NCBI GenBank assembly: GCA_965221165.1 | Contig: CBDCRP010000003.1 | Span: 1,440,001 to 1,504,000 of the forward strand | DNA: 64,000 nucleotides | Direction of reading: 5' to 3' | DNA from: a bacterium | Lineage (GTDB): Bacteria; UBA8248 | Shown: piece after piece, positions 28,545-38,264 of the stretch | How the letters are laid out: every line of letters starts with the position of its first letter | Numbering within the stretch: the stretch's first letter is position 1 | Program-made: the position numbers and the translations under genes | Notes under the pieces: model-generated | Database searches by the model: none | Seen by the model: only the letters and a program-made list of their open reading frames with translations | Told to the model about the DNA's origin: nothing

Positions 28545-29447
28545 ATGGACAGAATCGACGCCCCAAAATCCATTGACGCCCAAGAAGTGAAGCGATTCGC
28601 CCGCGAGTTGGGAGCGGATTTGGTGGGGGTCGCATCCGCGGAGGATTTCGCCGAGGCGTCGCCGGGCTGCCGCCCCAGAGACCTTTTCGGCATGGCGAAC
28701 AGCGTGATCGTGATGGCCAAACGCATCCCCTTCGCCGCGGCCACGCCTTACCCCAGCATCGGCGCGATGGAATTCGGCGAGTACATTCCCGAAAATTTTC
28801 TGAACGAAGCCTGCTACCGCCTGTCTCTTTTTCTGGAAGATGGGGGCTATCTCTCCTCGGCCACGCCGTCGGGGCGCGACATCACGAACTTTCGCGTGGA
28901 AGAAGAGGGCCGGGAACCAAAGGTTTTCCTCCAGGGCTCCTTTGATTTAAGGCTTTCTGCGGTGAAGGCGGGACTCGGCGAGATAGGAGCCAACAACTGC
29001 CTGATCACGCCGAAGTACGGCTCTCGCGTCCGCCTGGGCGCGGTGCTCACCGAGGCGAGCCTGGAGACCGACACGCCCAACCAATATGGCGTGGTGCCCG
29101 AGTTCTGTCATGAGTGCGGCTTTCGTTGCGTAGAGGCCTGCCCCGCGAACGCGCTGTCGGGCGAGGGCGCGGTGGACCACTACCGCTGCATGGTCATACG
29201 GCCGGATTTGGTCGCGCCGGAGAAGGCCCTCACCCATTTCAAAAAACTTTTCAGGGGCAAACCCCTCATCATGGCGGCCAAAGGACTCTCCTACACCGAT
29301 AGCCCGCCGCATCCATGCAGCACCTGCATCGCCCTGTGCCCGATGGACCAGGGCCGCGAGTTCGCAACAGAACCTTTTCACCGCGAATCATGGTCCGAGG
29401 AAGACGCGCTCAAGGTCATAGACCCAAGTCTATTGGAGAACAAATAG
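28545..29447 (+). CDS. QueG/reductive dehalogenase-like Fe-S protein, paralog 1
   Basis: GADLVGVA, AV.AGLGEIG.N..LITPKYGSRVRLGAVLT, CHECGFRCVEACP and CSTCIALCP. Confidence 0.8.
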   Translation: MDRIDAPKSIDAQEVKRFARELGADLVGVASAEDFAEASPGCRPRDLFGMANSVIVMAKRIPFAAATPYPSIGAMEFGEYIPENFLNEACYRLSLFLEDGGYLSSATPSGRDITNFRVEEEGREPKVFLQGSFDLRLSAVKAGLGEIGANNCLITPKYGSRVRLGAVLTEASLETDTPNQYGVVPEFCHECGFRCVEACPANALSGEGAVDHYRCMVIRPDLVAPEKALTHFKKLFRGKPLIMAAKGLSYTDSPPHPCSTCIALCPMDQGREFATEPFHRESWSEEDALKVIDPSLLENK

Positions 29448-29448
29448 C

Positions 29449-30318
29449 ATGGAAACGACCATGGGAGGCGGGATTCGCTCCGGCGACGTCAAGGCGCAGG
29501 CCCGTGAATACGGCGCGGACCTGGTGGGAATTTCTTCATGCGAGGGTTTCGAGAAAGCCCTTCCGGGCTGCAGACCCGAAGACCTGGTAAAGGACGCCAA
29601 GAGCGTGGTCGTCTTCGCGCGCCGGATGCCCTTTGGAAACGCCACCTCCCGGCCTACGGTGGGTTATCTGGAATTCGGCTATTACGGGCACGAGGCCTGG
29701 ATCAACAAGCTTTCATACCGGCTGGCGCTCTGGCTCGAGGACAAGGGACACATGGCGCTGCCCACGCCCGCAGGAAGAGACATTCCCTCGCTCCGCATTC
29801 TGCGCGAAGGCCCCGAGCCCGAGGTGTTCATGCAAGGCTCCTTCGACCTCAGGCTCGCGGCGGTGAATGCGGGGATGGGCGAAATCGGGGTGAACAACAA
29901 CCTGATCACCGCCGAATACGGCTCGCGCATTCGGTTGGGGGCGGTCATCACGACGGCTGCGCTCGAAGCCGACCCGCCCAAACGATACGGCGTGGTGCCC
30001 GATTTTTGCGTGGAGTGCGGCTACAAGTGCATCAAACCTTGTCCGGCGGGCGCGCTCCCCGGAGACGGCGCGGTGGACCACTACAAATGCATGGTGATGT
30101 ATCCCCAAAAAGTCTCGCCGGAGAAGGCCGTCGACGTCTTCAAGAAACGCTATGGCTACCCCGAACTCCAGCTCGCCGGGCGAATGATGGCCTTTACCGA
30201 AAACGCGCCGCACATCTGCGCCACCTGCATCACCCTGTGCCCCATGGACGAAGCGCGCCGCGTCAAGGAGAAGGTGAACGGCGGCGCCAACGGTCAATCA
30301 CTTCCTGAAATGCCATAA
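29449..30318 (+). CDS. QueG/reductive dehalogenase-like Fe-S protein, paralog 2
   Basis: Same motifs: CVECGYKCIKPCP and CATCITLCP. Colinear with paralog 1. Confidence 0.8.
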   Translation: METTMGGGIRSGDVKAQAREYGADLVGISSCEGFEKALPGCRPEDLVKDAKSVVVFARRMPFGNATSRPTVGYLEFGYYGHEAWINKLSYRLALWLEDKGHMALPTPAGRDIPSLRILREGPEPEVFMQGSFDLRLAAVNAGMGEIGVNNNLITAEYGSRIRLGAVITTAALEADPPKRYGVVPDFCVECGYKCIKPCPAGALPGDGAVDHYKCMVMYPQKVSPEKAVDVFKKRYGYPELQLAGRMMAFTENAPHICATCITLCPMDEARRVKEKVNGGANGQSLPEMP

Positions 30319-30411
30319 CCAGGCGAAAAACAACGGCGAACCGCATGTAAATTACCTTCACCGGTATGAAAAAAGAGGGTGCGCTTCGTTTTCTTTTCCG
30401 AGGAGTCTGCG

Positions 30412-31644
30412 ATGCCGAAACCGCTCGAAGGGATGCGGGTGCTGGACTTGACCCAGTTCTACTCGGGGCCCTGGGCCACGCTCCTGCTCGCCGGTCTGGG
30501 GGCGGAAGTCATCAAGGTGAACCATCCGGCCACGGGCGACGTGGTGGCCATGGGGCCTCCCTTCGCCGGACCCGAAGGCGTGTCTTTTCACCGGCAAAGC
30601 GAGGACGACTTGGGGATAGCCTACTTAAAGAGAACACGCAACAAAAAATCCTTGACTCTCAATCTCAAGGAGCCGCGCGGACTGGATTTGTTCTATCGTC
30701 TGGTGGAGGAGGCCGACGTGCTCGTCGAGAATTTCTCGGTAGGCGTAACCGGGCGGCTCAAAATCGATTACGAGACGCTCGAAAAACGAAACGCGAGGCT
30801 CGTCTACTGCTCCATCACCAGCTACGGGCAGAGCGGCCCCGATGCGCGGCTCAAGGGCTACGACGCCGTCACCCAGGCGGTTTCGGGCCTGATGAACCTC
30901 ACCGGCTTCCCCGACGGTCCCCCCACCAAGGCGGGTTCCGCCATCGCGGACAGCATCGGGGGCACGTTCGCCTTCGGCGCCATCACCACGGCGCTCTTGC
31001 ATCGCGAGCGCACAGGCCAAGGCCAGTGGCTAGACGTCTCCATGGTGGATTGTCTGTTGTCCCTGGTATTCGATGAGCCGATGGACTGCTACGAGGCGCT
31101 GGGGCTGCCAGAGAGGCTGGGGAACCGCATCATGCGCCTTTCTCCTTTCAACGCATATCCGGCCAAAGACGGCTGGCTGGTCATCGGCTCCGGCACCGAC
31201 GCCCACTGGAACAACATCCTGCGCGCCCTCGGGCGCGAGGAATTGATTGGCGATGCGCGCTACTCTGATTTAAGCGGCCGCATTACGCGAAACGACGAGG
31301 TGGACGCCGTCATTACCGAATGGACGGAAAAACACACCGTGGAGGAGGCGCTCACGGAACTGCGCCGCTTCGACGTCATCTGCGGGCCCGTGCACACCAT
31401 CAGGGACATCCTCGCGTGGCCGCACCTGAAAGCCCGGAACATGCTCGAAGACCTCCCCCATCCCGCGCTGGGCCCTCTGAACGAAGTCAAAACGGCCGCA
31501 TTTCCCCTCAAGTTCAGCAAAACCCCCGGCGGCTACGACGCCCCCGCCCCCTTGAGCGGCCAGCACAACGAGGAGATTCTGGGCGAACGGCTCGGTCTTA
31601 AGAAAGAAGAGATCGAAAGGCTCAAGGAAGACGGCGTTATCTGA
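30412..31644 (+). CDS. CaiB/BaiF family III CoA transferase
   Basis: PLEGMRVLDLT...GP, LGAEVIKV, RNKKSLTLNLK, ADVLVENF and GYD. Confidence 0.93.
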   Translation: MPKPLEGMRVLDLTQFYSGPWATLLLAGLGAEVIKVNHPATGDVVAMGPPFAGPEGVSFHRQSEDDLGIAYLKRTRNKKSLTLNLKEPRGLDLFYRLVEEADVLVENFSVGVTGRLKIDYETLEKRNARLVYCSITSYGQSGPDARLKGYDAVTQAVSGLMNLTGFPDGPPTKAGSAIADSIGGTFAFGAITTALLHRERTGQGQWLDVSMVDCLLSLVFDEPMDCYEALGLPERLGNRIMRLSPFNAYPAKDGWLVIGSGTDAHWNNILRALGREELIGDARYSDLSGRITRNDEVDAVITEWTEKHTVEEALTELRRFDVICGPVHTIRDILAWPHLKARNMLEDLPHPALGPLNEVKTAAFPLKFSKTPGGYDAPAPLSGQHNEEILGERLGLKKEEIERLKEDGVI

Positions 31645-31817
31645 GGCACCGCCTCGTTGACGCTCACCTGTGCCGATAAATTCCTTATCTAGGAATCCCA
31701 CCAAGCTCTAAGCCATGATAAAGTGCTTGAACTCGGCTTAGTCCTTATAGCTTCACTCCTCCCCAGTCTGCTTTTATTGCTGATGATACATAGAGTTAGA
31801 ACCTGAAGGAGAACGGA

Positions 31818-32582
31818 TTGAAACGCCAAACATTGCTAAAACAATTCCCAAAATTTATTAGCGCGTTTGGCGCTTCGGTTTTAAGTCTGTCCGTTGTTTA
31901 TGATTATGGTTTTTTCAAAATCCTAGGAACTAGTTTTTCGGAAATCCCAACTACATTGTCGGACCATTTGAGAAGTTCTTTAACATGGATTCCAGAAACA
32001 ACGACAACCTTTTTTGCCGTTTTTATTTTAGAGCTTTTTATCAGGCGAGTAGAACAAGGAATGACGGAAGAAGAGCTTATCCAAAGTTCATCAGCACCAA
32101 AGTTCATAACTTGGTTTCGACGTTCGCCTAAATATCTGGTTACGGTCTTTGTTCTAACTTCAGCATTCGCATTATTCCAGAACATTGATTTGCCAATCCA
32201 AGCGTGGCAGCTTTCTGCGGTGTTTGCCTGGCTCATGCTTCATAGCTTTCTCTTCGGGCATGAAAGAATAAGACAAAGAACATCGGAAGAGTTTCGTATC
32301 GGTATGAGATGGATTCCAGCTGTATTGATTTTTTTCGCCTTTAACGGTGCTATTGCCGCAGAAAAAATCAGAGGCGGGGACGGCACTCAGTATGTGTTTG
32401 ATCTTGAGGAAACAAAAATTGTCGGGACTTTGGTTCGAACCTTCGAAAAACATTATCTTATCTGGGATAAGGAACAAATAAAGCTACTAAGCGCGAGCAA
32501 GGTTGCCCAGTTTTACCCAGCACCAATAGCAGAAGAAAAAATAAGGCAACTGACCACCAAAAACTGGGATCCGCATGAGTAA
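31818..32582 (+). CDS. Hypothetical low-GC membrane protein
   Basis: 254-aa ORF with SD AAGGAG and about 5 hydrophobic segments. Visibly AT-rich compared with its flanks. Confidence 0.7.
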   Translation: MKRQTLLKQFPKFISAFGASVLSLSVVYDYGFFKILGTSFSEIPTTLSDHLRSSLTWIPETTTTFFAVFILELFIRRVEQGMTEEELIQSSSAPKFITWFRRSPKYLVTVFVLTSAFALFQNIDLPIQAWQLSAVFAWLMLHSFLFGHERIRQRTSEEFRIGMRWIPAVLIFFAFNGAIAAEKIRGGDGTQYVFDLEETKIVGTLVRTFEKHYLIWDKEQIKLLSASKVAQFYPAPIAEEKIRQLTTKNWDPHE

Positions 32583-32725
32583 CTAAGAGTGGATCCTGTC
32601 TTGCCCGTCATGTCCGCTGGGTAAGAGAAATTGCACAGTTCATCATCTACGCTGCGACGTGCCGAGGCCCTCTTCATGTCCGGCGGATCTGGTAATCGCA
32701 ACCGATCACTAACCTCCACTCCCGC

Positions 32726-33600
32726 CTATTCGGCGGGAGTTCCCCCGGTCAGCCCGAGCTTCGCCGCTCGGAACATCGAGGCCATGCTGTAGACCGCGGT
32801 GAAGAGGGAGAGCACGAGAATGGTCGCCGTGATGGGGCTGGTCAGCAGCGCCGTCATGTCCCCGCCCGATATCGTGAGCGCGCGGCTCAGGTTGATCTCG
32901 ATGATCGGCCCCATGATAAAGGCGAGCACGATGGGCACGACGGGAATGTTGACCTTCTCGAAGAAATAGGCGATAGCGCCCAGAATGAGCACCATGACGA
33001 CGTGGGACGTGTAGTTCGCATACACGAAGCTGCCGACGACGATGAGAATCAGGACGAACGGCCCCAGGATGCGGCAGGGCACCTTGGCGACTAAGCTGAA
33101 GGCGGCGGGTGCCGACGAGGCCCATGCACAGGAGCATGAGGTTGATCACGAAAAGGCCGATGAACACCGTCATGACGAACATCCCGTTGTCTCGGAAGAG
33201 CAGCGGGCCGGGAACCAGGCCCTTGCTGATCAGTACGCCGAGAAGAATGGCCGCGCCGCCCGAACCCGGAATGCCGAGCGAGAGCGGGGGCACGAGCGTA
33301 TCCGCGACGAGGGCGTTGTTCGAGCACTCGGGCGCGGCGACGCCCTCGATGATGCCGGTGCCGAACTCCTCCGCCGAGCGCTTCGACCACCGCCTCTCCT
33401 CGCTGTAGGCCAGCATGCCGGCGATCGATCCGCCCGCTCCCGGAACGGCGCCTACTCCTGTTCCGATGAGGCTCGCGCGAATCCAGGTGGGGATGAGCCT
33501 GCGGATTTCCCACGGCTGAATCCGGTTGCGCTCGTCGGCGGCTCCTTGAGTGGCGGTTTCTTTGCTTTCAATCGTGCGTCTGTGCTCCACCAGGAGATGG
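32726..33600 (-). pseudogene. tctA: TctA C-terminal half, truncated and frameshifted
   Basis: GAVPGAGG, FGTG.IEGVAAPECSNNA and LGIPGS in one frame, continued in another frame (P..PIVLAFIMGPIIE) after a shift near 33100. No N-terminal half. Confidence 0.82.
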
Positions 33601-33775
33601 AACGCGTTATTTCGCCGAGCGGGGTGCAAAACGTCTGAAAATCCTGTCTAATGCCGGAATCATAAAAACTCCGAGGCGCGAGGAAGCACTCCCGCAGAAG
33701 CGGCGGACGCGGGAACCCGAAGATCGGGAGAGGGATTGCGCCGCTCCGCCGAAGGACAAACGGAGGAATTCATTC

Positions 33776-34666
33776 ATGACCGACAGCAGCGTGTTGTCTT
33801 ACAGCGGCGTCACGGACCTTGGAAACGGCAAGGCCTATGCGCTGCACAACGTCTTTGCGCTCGACGGGCGGATAAGCGCCTATCCTCTCAGCGCCAGGGG
33901 TTTCGCACCGTCTAACTGCTATCTCCTTTGCGAGGAGGACGGCGCGATTCTTCTCGACACGGGCTATAACGGACACAGGCGCTCCCTGTTCGAACAAATC
34001 GGCTCGATCATCACGCCCGACACCCCGCTGTCAATCTACCCGCTCAGGCTCAACGAGTTCATGTCCGTCGGAAACGCAGCCGCCCTCGCCAGGGAGTTCA
34101 ACGTCGTGGAATGCTTCGCCCGGCGGCCCGACATGGATTTCTGGCTCGATTTCGACGTGGAGAAATTCGGCCCCAAGAGCGAGGAGGAGCAGATATTCCC
34201 GACGACCGTCCTGGGAAACGAGCTCGAATGCCGCGTCGGGCAGAACAAGAGCCGCGTCATTCACGGCATAAACGCGCCCATTCGCCTCATCACCACGATG
34301 TGGATCTACGACGAAGCCACCCGCACCCTTTTCTCCTCGGACATGTTCAGCCACGTCTGGGGGGACGACCCCGAGGGACCGTGGGCGGTGGAGGAAGAAT
34401 CTGTGACGACCTCCGCATTCGTGCGCTCGTTTCTGCTGAACACGCGCTACTGGTGGCTCGAGGGCGTGGAGACTGGCCCGGTCCGCAAGGGCATCGCCGA
34501 CGTCTTCGACAGCTACGACATCGAAAACATCGCCCCCGGATACGGAGCCGTTCTCATGGGACGCGAATTGGTCGAACGCCAGTTCTCGGTGCTCGACGAG
34601 GTTCTGCGCGACCTGGATCGCTCCGTCGTCTCGCCGCGCTACATTCCCCGCGACATGGAAAGGTAA
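33776..34666 (+). CDS. MBL-fold (flavodiiron/ODP-like) protein with degenerate metal ligands
   Basis: NCYLL, ILLDTG, WIYD..TRTLFSSDMF and IAPGYG. Confidence 0.72.
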   Translation: MTDSSVLSYSGVTDLGNGKAYALHNVFALDGRISAYPLSARGFAPSNCYLLCEEDGAILLDTGYNGHRRSLFEQIGSIITPDTPLSIYPLRLNEFMSVGNAAALAREFNVVECFARRPDMDFWLDFDVEKFGPKSEEEQIFPTTVLGNELECRVGQNKSRVIHGINAPIRLITTMWIYDEATRTLFSSDMFSHVWGDDPEGPWAVEEESVTTSAFVRSFLLNTRYWWLEGVETGPVRKGIADVFDSYDIENIAPGYGAVLMGRELVERQFSVLDEVLRDLDRSVVSPRYIPRDMER

Positions 34667-34668
34667 AT

Positions 34669-35442
34669 ATGAACCCGCACGACAACCCCCTTCCGCGTGA
34701 AATCGCTCCCGGCATTTTCTGGCTCGGCATCTGCCACGAACAGCACCACAAGGGAAAGATTTACCACAGCTATAATGCGGCCTTTCTCCTCATCGGCTCG
34801 GAAGGCTCCATGCTCGTCGAGACGGGCCACCAGGGGGATTTTCCCGTCGTTTCCCGCCAGGTGCGCGAAATACTGGCCGAACGCGGCTCCACGCTCAAAT
34901 ACCTGTTCCTCTCCCACCAGGAAACCCCCCATGCGGGCGGGCTGGGGCGGCTGCTCGAAGCCTATCCCGAGATGACGGTCCACTGCGACGTGAGCGACTA
35001 CCATCTCTCCTACCCCGAGCATGCCGACAGGCTGAGGCACATGGAGGTCGGCGACACCGTCGATCTGGGCGACCGGCGCCTCATCGCCGTCGAACCGGTC
35101 GTGCGCGACCTGCGGACATCGCTCTGGGGATTCGACACCGGCGCGCGCGCCCTCTTTCCGGGAGACGGCTTCGCCTACAGCCATTACCACTGGGACGGCC
35201 ACTGCGGAAAAATCGCGGAAGAGGCCGCCTCGCTCGATCTGGCGGAAGTCCTGGGAGTGTTCGCGGAGCGGGCGCTGTTCTGGACACGCTTCACCGACAT
35301 GAACATCTATTCGGACCGCCTGGAGGAGTTGCTCGAAGAGCTCGACGTCGCCGTGGTCGCGCCCTCCCACGGCCTGCCGATTCTCGACCTCTCGGTCACC
35401 ATGCCCAAAGTACGCGAAGGTCTCATCTCCGGAAATTCCTAA
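34669..35442 (+). CDS. MBL-fold (flavodiiron/ODP-like) metalloprotein
   Basis: YNAAFL, LVETG, FLSHQETPHAGG, LFPGDGF and VAPSHG. Start at ATG 34669. Confidence 0.78.
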   Translation: MNPHDNPLPREIAPGIFWLGICHEQHHKGKIYHSYNAAFLLIGSEGSMLVETGHQGDFPVVSRQVREILAERGSTLKYLFLSHQETPHAGGLGRLLEAYPEMTVHCDVSDYHLSYPEHADRLRHMEVGDTVDLGDRRLIAVEPVVRDLRTSLWGFDTGARALFPGDGFAYSHYHWDGHCGKIAEEAASLDLAEVLGVFAERALFWTRFTDMNIYSDRLEELLEELDVAVVAPSHGLPILDLSVTMPKVREGLISGNS

Positions 35443-35492
35443 AGCGGCTGCGCACCGAACCCGACTTCTCCCGCACGCTTGAAAGGAAAGCG

Positions 35493-36686
35493 ATGGATTT
35501 TTCCCTGACCGAGGAACAAAAAGCACTGCAAAAACTGGCGCGTGATTACGTCGACCGGCACGTGCGTCCCGTCGCCGCCGAGTTCGACCGGAACCCGGAT
35601 CCGCATGAGTGCATCCCCACCGGCGTCGTCGAGGAAGGCTCGAAGCTCGGCCTCCGCACGCTGGCGCTGACCGAGGAGCGCGGCGGCGGGGCCGACATGC
35701 TCACCCTCTCCATCGTCGGCGAGGAACTAGGCGCCGGCGACCTCGGCGTGGCCGCCACCTTCGATCAGACCTGGAAGTTCACCCCCATCATCGAGCACTG
35801 GACGAACGACGAGCAAAAGGAGCGCTTCCTGCCGGCGTTCGTTTCGGATCACCGCTTTCACCTGGCGACGTGCATGACCGAGCCCGACGCCGGGACGGAT
35901 CACGTTCTGCCCTACGCCGCCCCCGGCGCGGGCGTGCAGATGCGCGCCGAGCACGACGGGGAGCTCTACCGGCTCAGCGGCGTCAAAAGCTTCATCAGCA
36001 ACGGCGGAACGGCCAAGCTCTACATCGTCTACACGCGCACCGACAAGAGCCGGGGCGGCTTGAAGGGGATGACGCCCTTTCTCGTTCCCGCGGACACGCC
36101 GGGCTTAAGCGTCGGCCAGATCCACGACAAGATGGGCCGCCGCCTTCTGAGCAACGCCACGCTCGTTTTCGATAATGCCGAGGTCCCCGCCCGCAACCGC
36201 CTGGGGAAAGAAGAGGGCGAGGCCGAGGCGCTGCGCACCAGCCGCATAGCCCGGGGAAGGGGCGGCTACGGGGCGACCGTGCTGGGCGCGGGCCGGGCCG
36301 CCTTCGAGGAAGCCGTGCGCTACTCACAAGAGAGGGTGCAGGGCGGAAAACCCATCGGTCAGCATCAGGCCGTCGCCCAGATGATCGGGGAGATGTACAC
36401 GAGGCTCGAGACGGCGCGCTCCGTCCTGTGGCGTACCTCATGGGCGGTGGATCACGCCGAGGACTACGACCCGAAAATGTCATGGCTCACCAAGGTGGTT
36501 TGTTCAGAAGCCGCGTATGAAATCTGCCGCCTGGCGCTGGAGGTGCACGGCGGGGTGGGCTACATGCGCGAATGCCCCGTCGAGAAATACCTCCGCGACG
36601 TGATCTCGTTTCTCCACGGCGCCGGGAACAACCACATCTACCGGATCAAGATCAGTTCGAGGGTCACCGGCCTGCCGCCCGAATAG
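35493..36686 (+). CDS. Acyl-CoA dehydrogenase family protein
   Basis: MDFSLTEEQ, MTEPDAGTD, G.KSFISNG, R.QGGKPI and HGGVGY...VEKYLRD. Confidence 0.93.
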   Translation: MDFSLTEEQKALQKLARDYVDRHVRPVAAEFDRNPDPHECIPTGVVEEGSKLGLRTLALTEERGGGADMLTLSIVGEELGAGDLGVAATFDQTWKFTPIIEHWTNDEQKERFLPAFVSDHRFHLATCMTEPDAGTDHVLPYAAPGAGVQMRAEHDGELYRLSGVKSFISNGGTAKLYIVYTRTDKSRGGLKGMTPFLVPADTPGLSVGQIHDKMGRRLLSNATLVFDNAEVPARNRLGKEEGEAEALRTSRIARGRGGYGATVLGAGRAAFEEAVRYSQERVQGGKPIGQHQAVAQMIGEMYTRLETARSVLWRTSWAVDHAEDYDPKMSWLTKVVCSEAAYEICRLALEVHGGVGYMRECPVEKYLRDVISFLHGAGNNHIYRIKISSRVTGLPPE

Positions 36687-36841
36687 CGGCCCGGTGAACG
36701 GTTTGGAACGAGGCGGACTTCGCAAGCCGCGCGCAGGACCAAGACCGGGGAGCGGGACGTTTGAGCGGATCGTCTCCCCCGTCCTCGATTACGGCGCATA
36801 AGCCTAACTTTCGACCTCATCTTCCCGAAAGGAGACCGACG

Positions 36842-37267
36842 ATGCCGAAGCGGATCGAACCCGTGGATTGGCCCGACAGGCTCGACGTCTGGACGCCCTA
36901 CTCGATGGCCATAAAGGCGAGCGGCGGGACGAGCGTCTATTTTGCGGGGGTCACGGCCGCGCCGCCCTATCACCACCATCCCCACCGGCCCGAGGAGTTC
37001 GATACGCTCCCAGGCGATTTGCCCACCCAGACGCGCATGGCCCTCGAGAACCTGAAGAAAAGCCTCCAAGCCGTGGGAGGGACGTTCAGCGATATCGTCT
37101 TCTTCCAGTTCTTCTCGACGACGATGGAGGGCGCCGCCGAGGCGGGGGCCATCCGGAAAGAGTATTTCGGCGACCACCGGACCGCCTCCACCACGCTTCA
37201 GGTCGTGCGTCTCGCCACCGACCCCAGGTGCCTGGTGGAGGTCAACGCGATCGCGGTCGTGGACTGA
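36842..37267 (+). CDS. RidA/YjgF/UK114 family protein
   Basis: PYS.A, QTR.ALENL, R.EYF...TAST..V.RLA and LVEVNAIA. Confidence 0.88.
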   Translation: MPKRIEPVDWPDRLDVWTPYSMAIKASGGTSVYFAGVTAAPPYHHHPHRPEEFDTLPGDLPTQTRMALENLKKSLQAVGGTFSDIVFFQFFSTTMEGAAEAGAIRKEYFGDHRTASTTLQVVRLATDPRCLVEVNAIAVVD

Positions 37268-37407
37268 GGAGAGCCCCAAGCGAATTGCCCACGCCCGCCA
37301 CATTCGGCTATCATCCGGTGCTGGCGAACCAGGACCTGAGACAACCATACGAGTCGCACCTCCCCTTTTCTCCAGGGAACGGGCGGCATCCGCAATCCAG
37401 AGGAGTC

Positions 37408-38259
37408 ATGGCGGTGGATATCATCAACGAAATCGGCGCAACCGCATTCGTCATCTCATGTATGCGGGCGATGGAAAAAGATCAGGAATACAAGCTGTTC
37501 GACGATCCCTACGCGGCGTTGTTCGTCAATGAGGCGATAGAGGAGAAGGTCCAGGAGCAGATACGCGTTTTCCCGCCCTCGCTGGAGCTGGTCCGTTACC
37601 GGGTTTGCGTCATGAGCGAGGTCGTCGAGCGCGGCATCGAGAACGGCGCAAAGCAGATCGTCTCACTCGGCTCGGGTTTCGACATGCGCGCCCACATCTA
37701 TCAAACCGAAGGCGTCCGGTTCTGCGACGTCGATCAGCCGGCGGTGCTCGGCTTCAAGAACAAGATCCTCGAAGCCAGCGGCGTCGCGCCCTGCGCCGGA
37801 ATCGAGTGCAATTACCTGGAAGTCGACCTCGCAGAAAAACTCCGCGAAGCGGGCTTCGATATTGAAGCTCCCATTCTGTTCATATGGGAAGGCAACACCA
37901 TGTATCTGCCGGTCGATCTGATCCATGATTTTCTGGATCGGCTGCGCGCGCAGGTTCCGCGCATGACCATCGCCTTTGATTATTTCTCGGAAAAGGTGAT
38001 CAACCGCACGTCCGGCGACGACAAAATCAGCGAAGCCACGGATCTTTTTGAAAACAACTTCGGAGTGAAGTGGTTGACCGGCTTCGACGATCTCTCCGTT
38101 TTCAGGGAAAAACACGGCTTCGAGGTGCTCGAATCGGGAAGTCTGGTAGACGTCGGCGAGCGCCATGCGCCCGAATTCGTGGCGGCCATGAAAGAAGAGA
38201 TGGGTCTGACGGGCGACCTCCTGGAGTTGTACTTCTATTGCGTGCTCGAGGCATCCTGA
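37408..38259 (+). CDS. Class I SAM-dependent methyltransferase (LCM/O-methyltransferase-like), paralog 1
   Basis: LFDDPYA, QIVSLGSGFDMR, DVDQP.VL.FK and WEGNTMYL. Confidence 0.88.
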   Translation: MAVDIINEIGATAFVISCMRAMEKDQEYKLFDDPYAALFVNEAIEEKVQEQIRVFPPSLELVRYRVCVMSEVVERGIENGAKQIVSLGSGFDMRAHIYQTEGVRFCDVDQPAVLGFKNKILEASGVAPCAGIECNYLEVDLAEKLREAGFDIEAPILFIWEGNTMYLPVDLIHDFLDRLRAQVPRMTIAFDYFSEKVINRTSGDDKISEATDLFENNFGVKWLTGFDDLSVFREKHGFEVLESGSLVDVGERHAPEFVAAMKEEMGLTGDLLELYFYCVLEAS

Positions 38260-38264
38260 GGTCC

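Noticed and set aside
34111-34668. N-terminal extensions of track ORFs 34111, 36868, 38070 and 11500
   Set aside because: They overlap upstream genes or leaders. Downstream ATG starts fit the domain boundaries and paralog alignments better, most with a clear SD.
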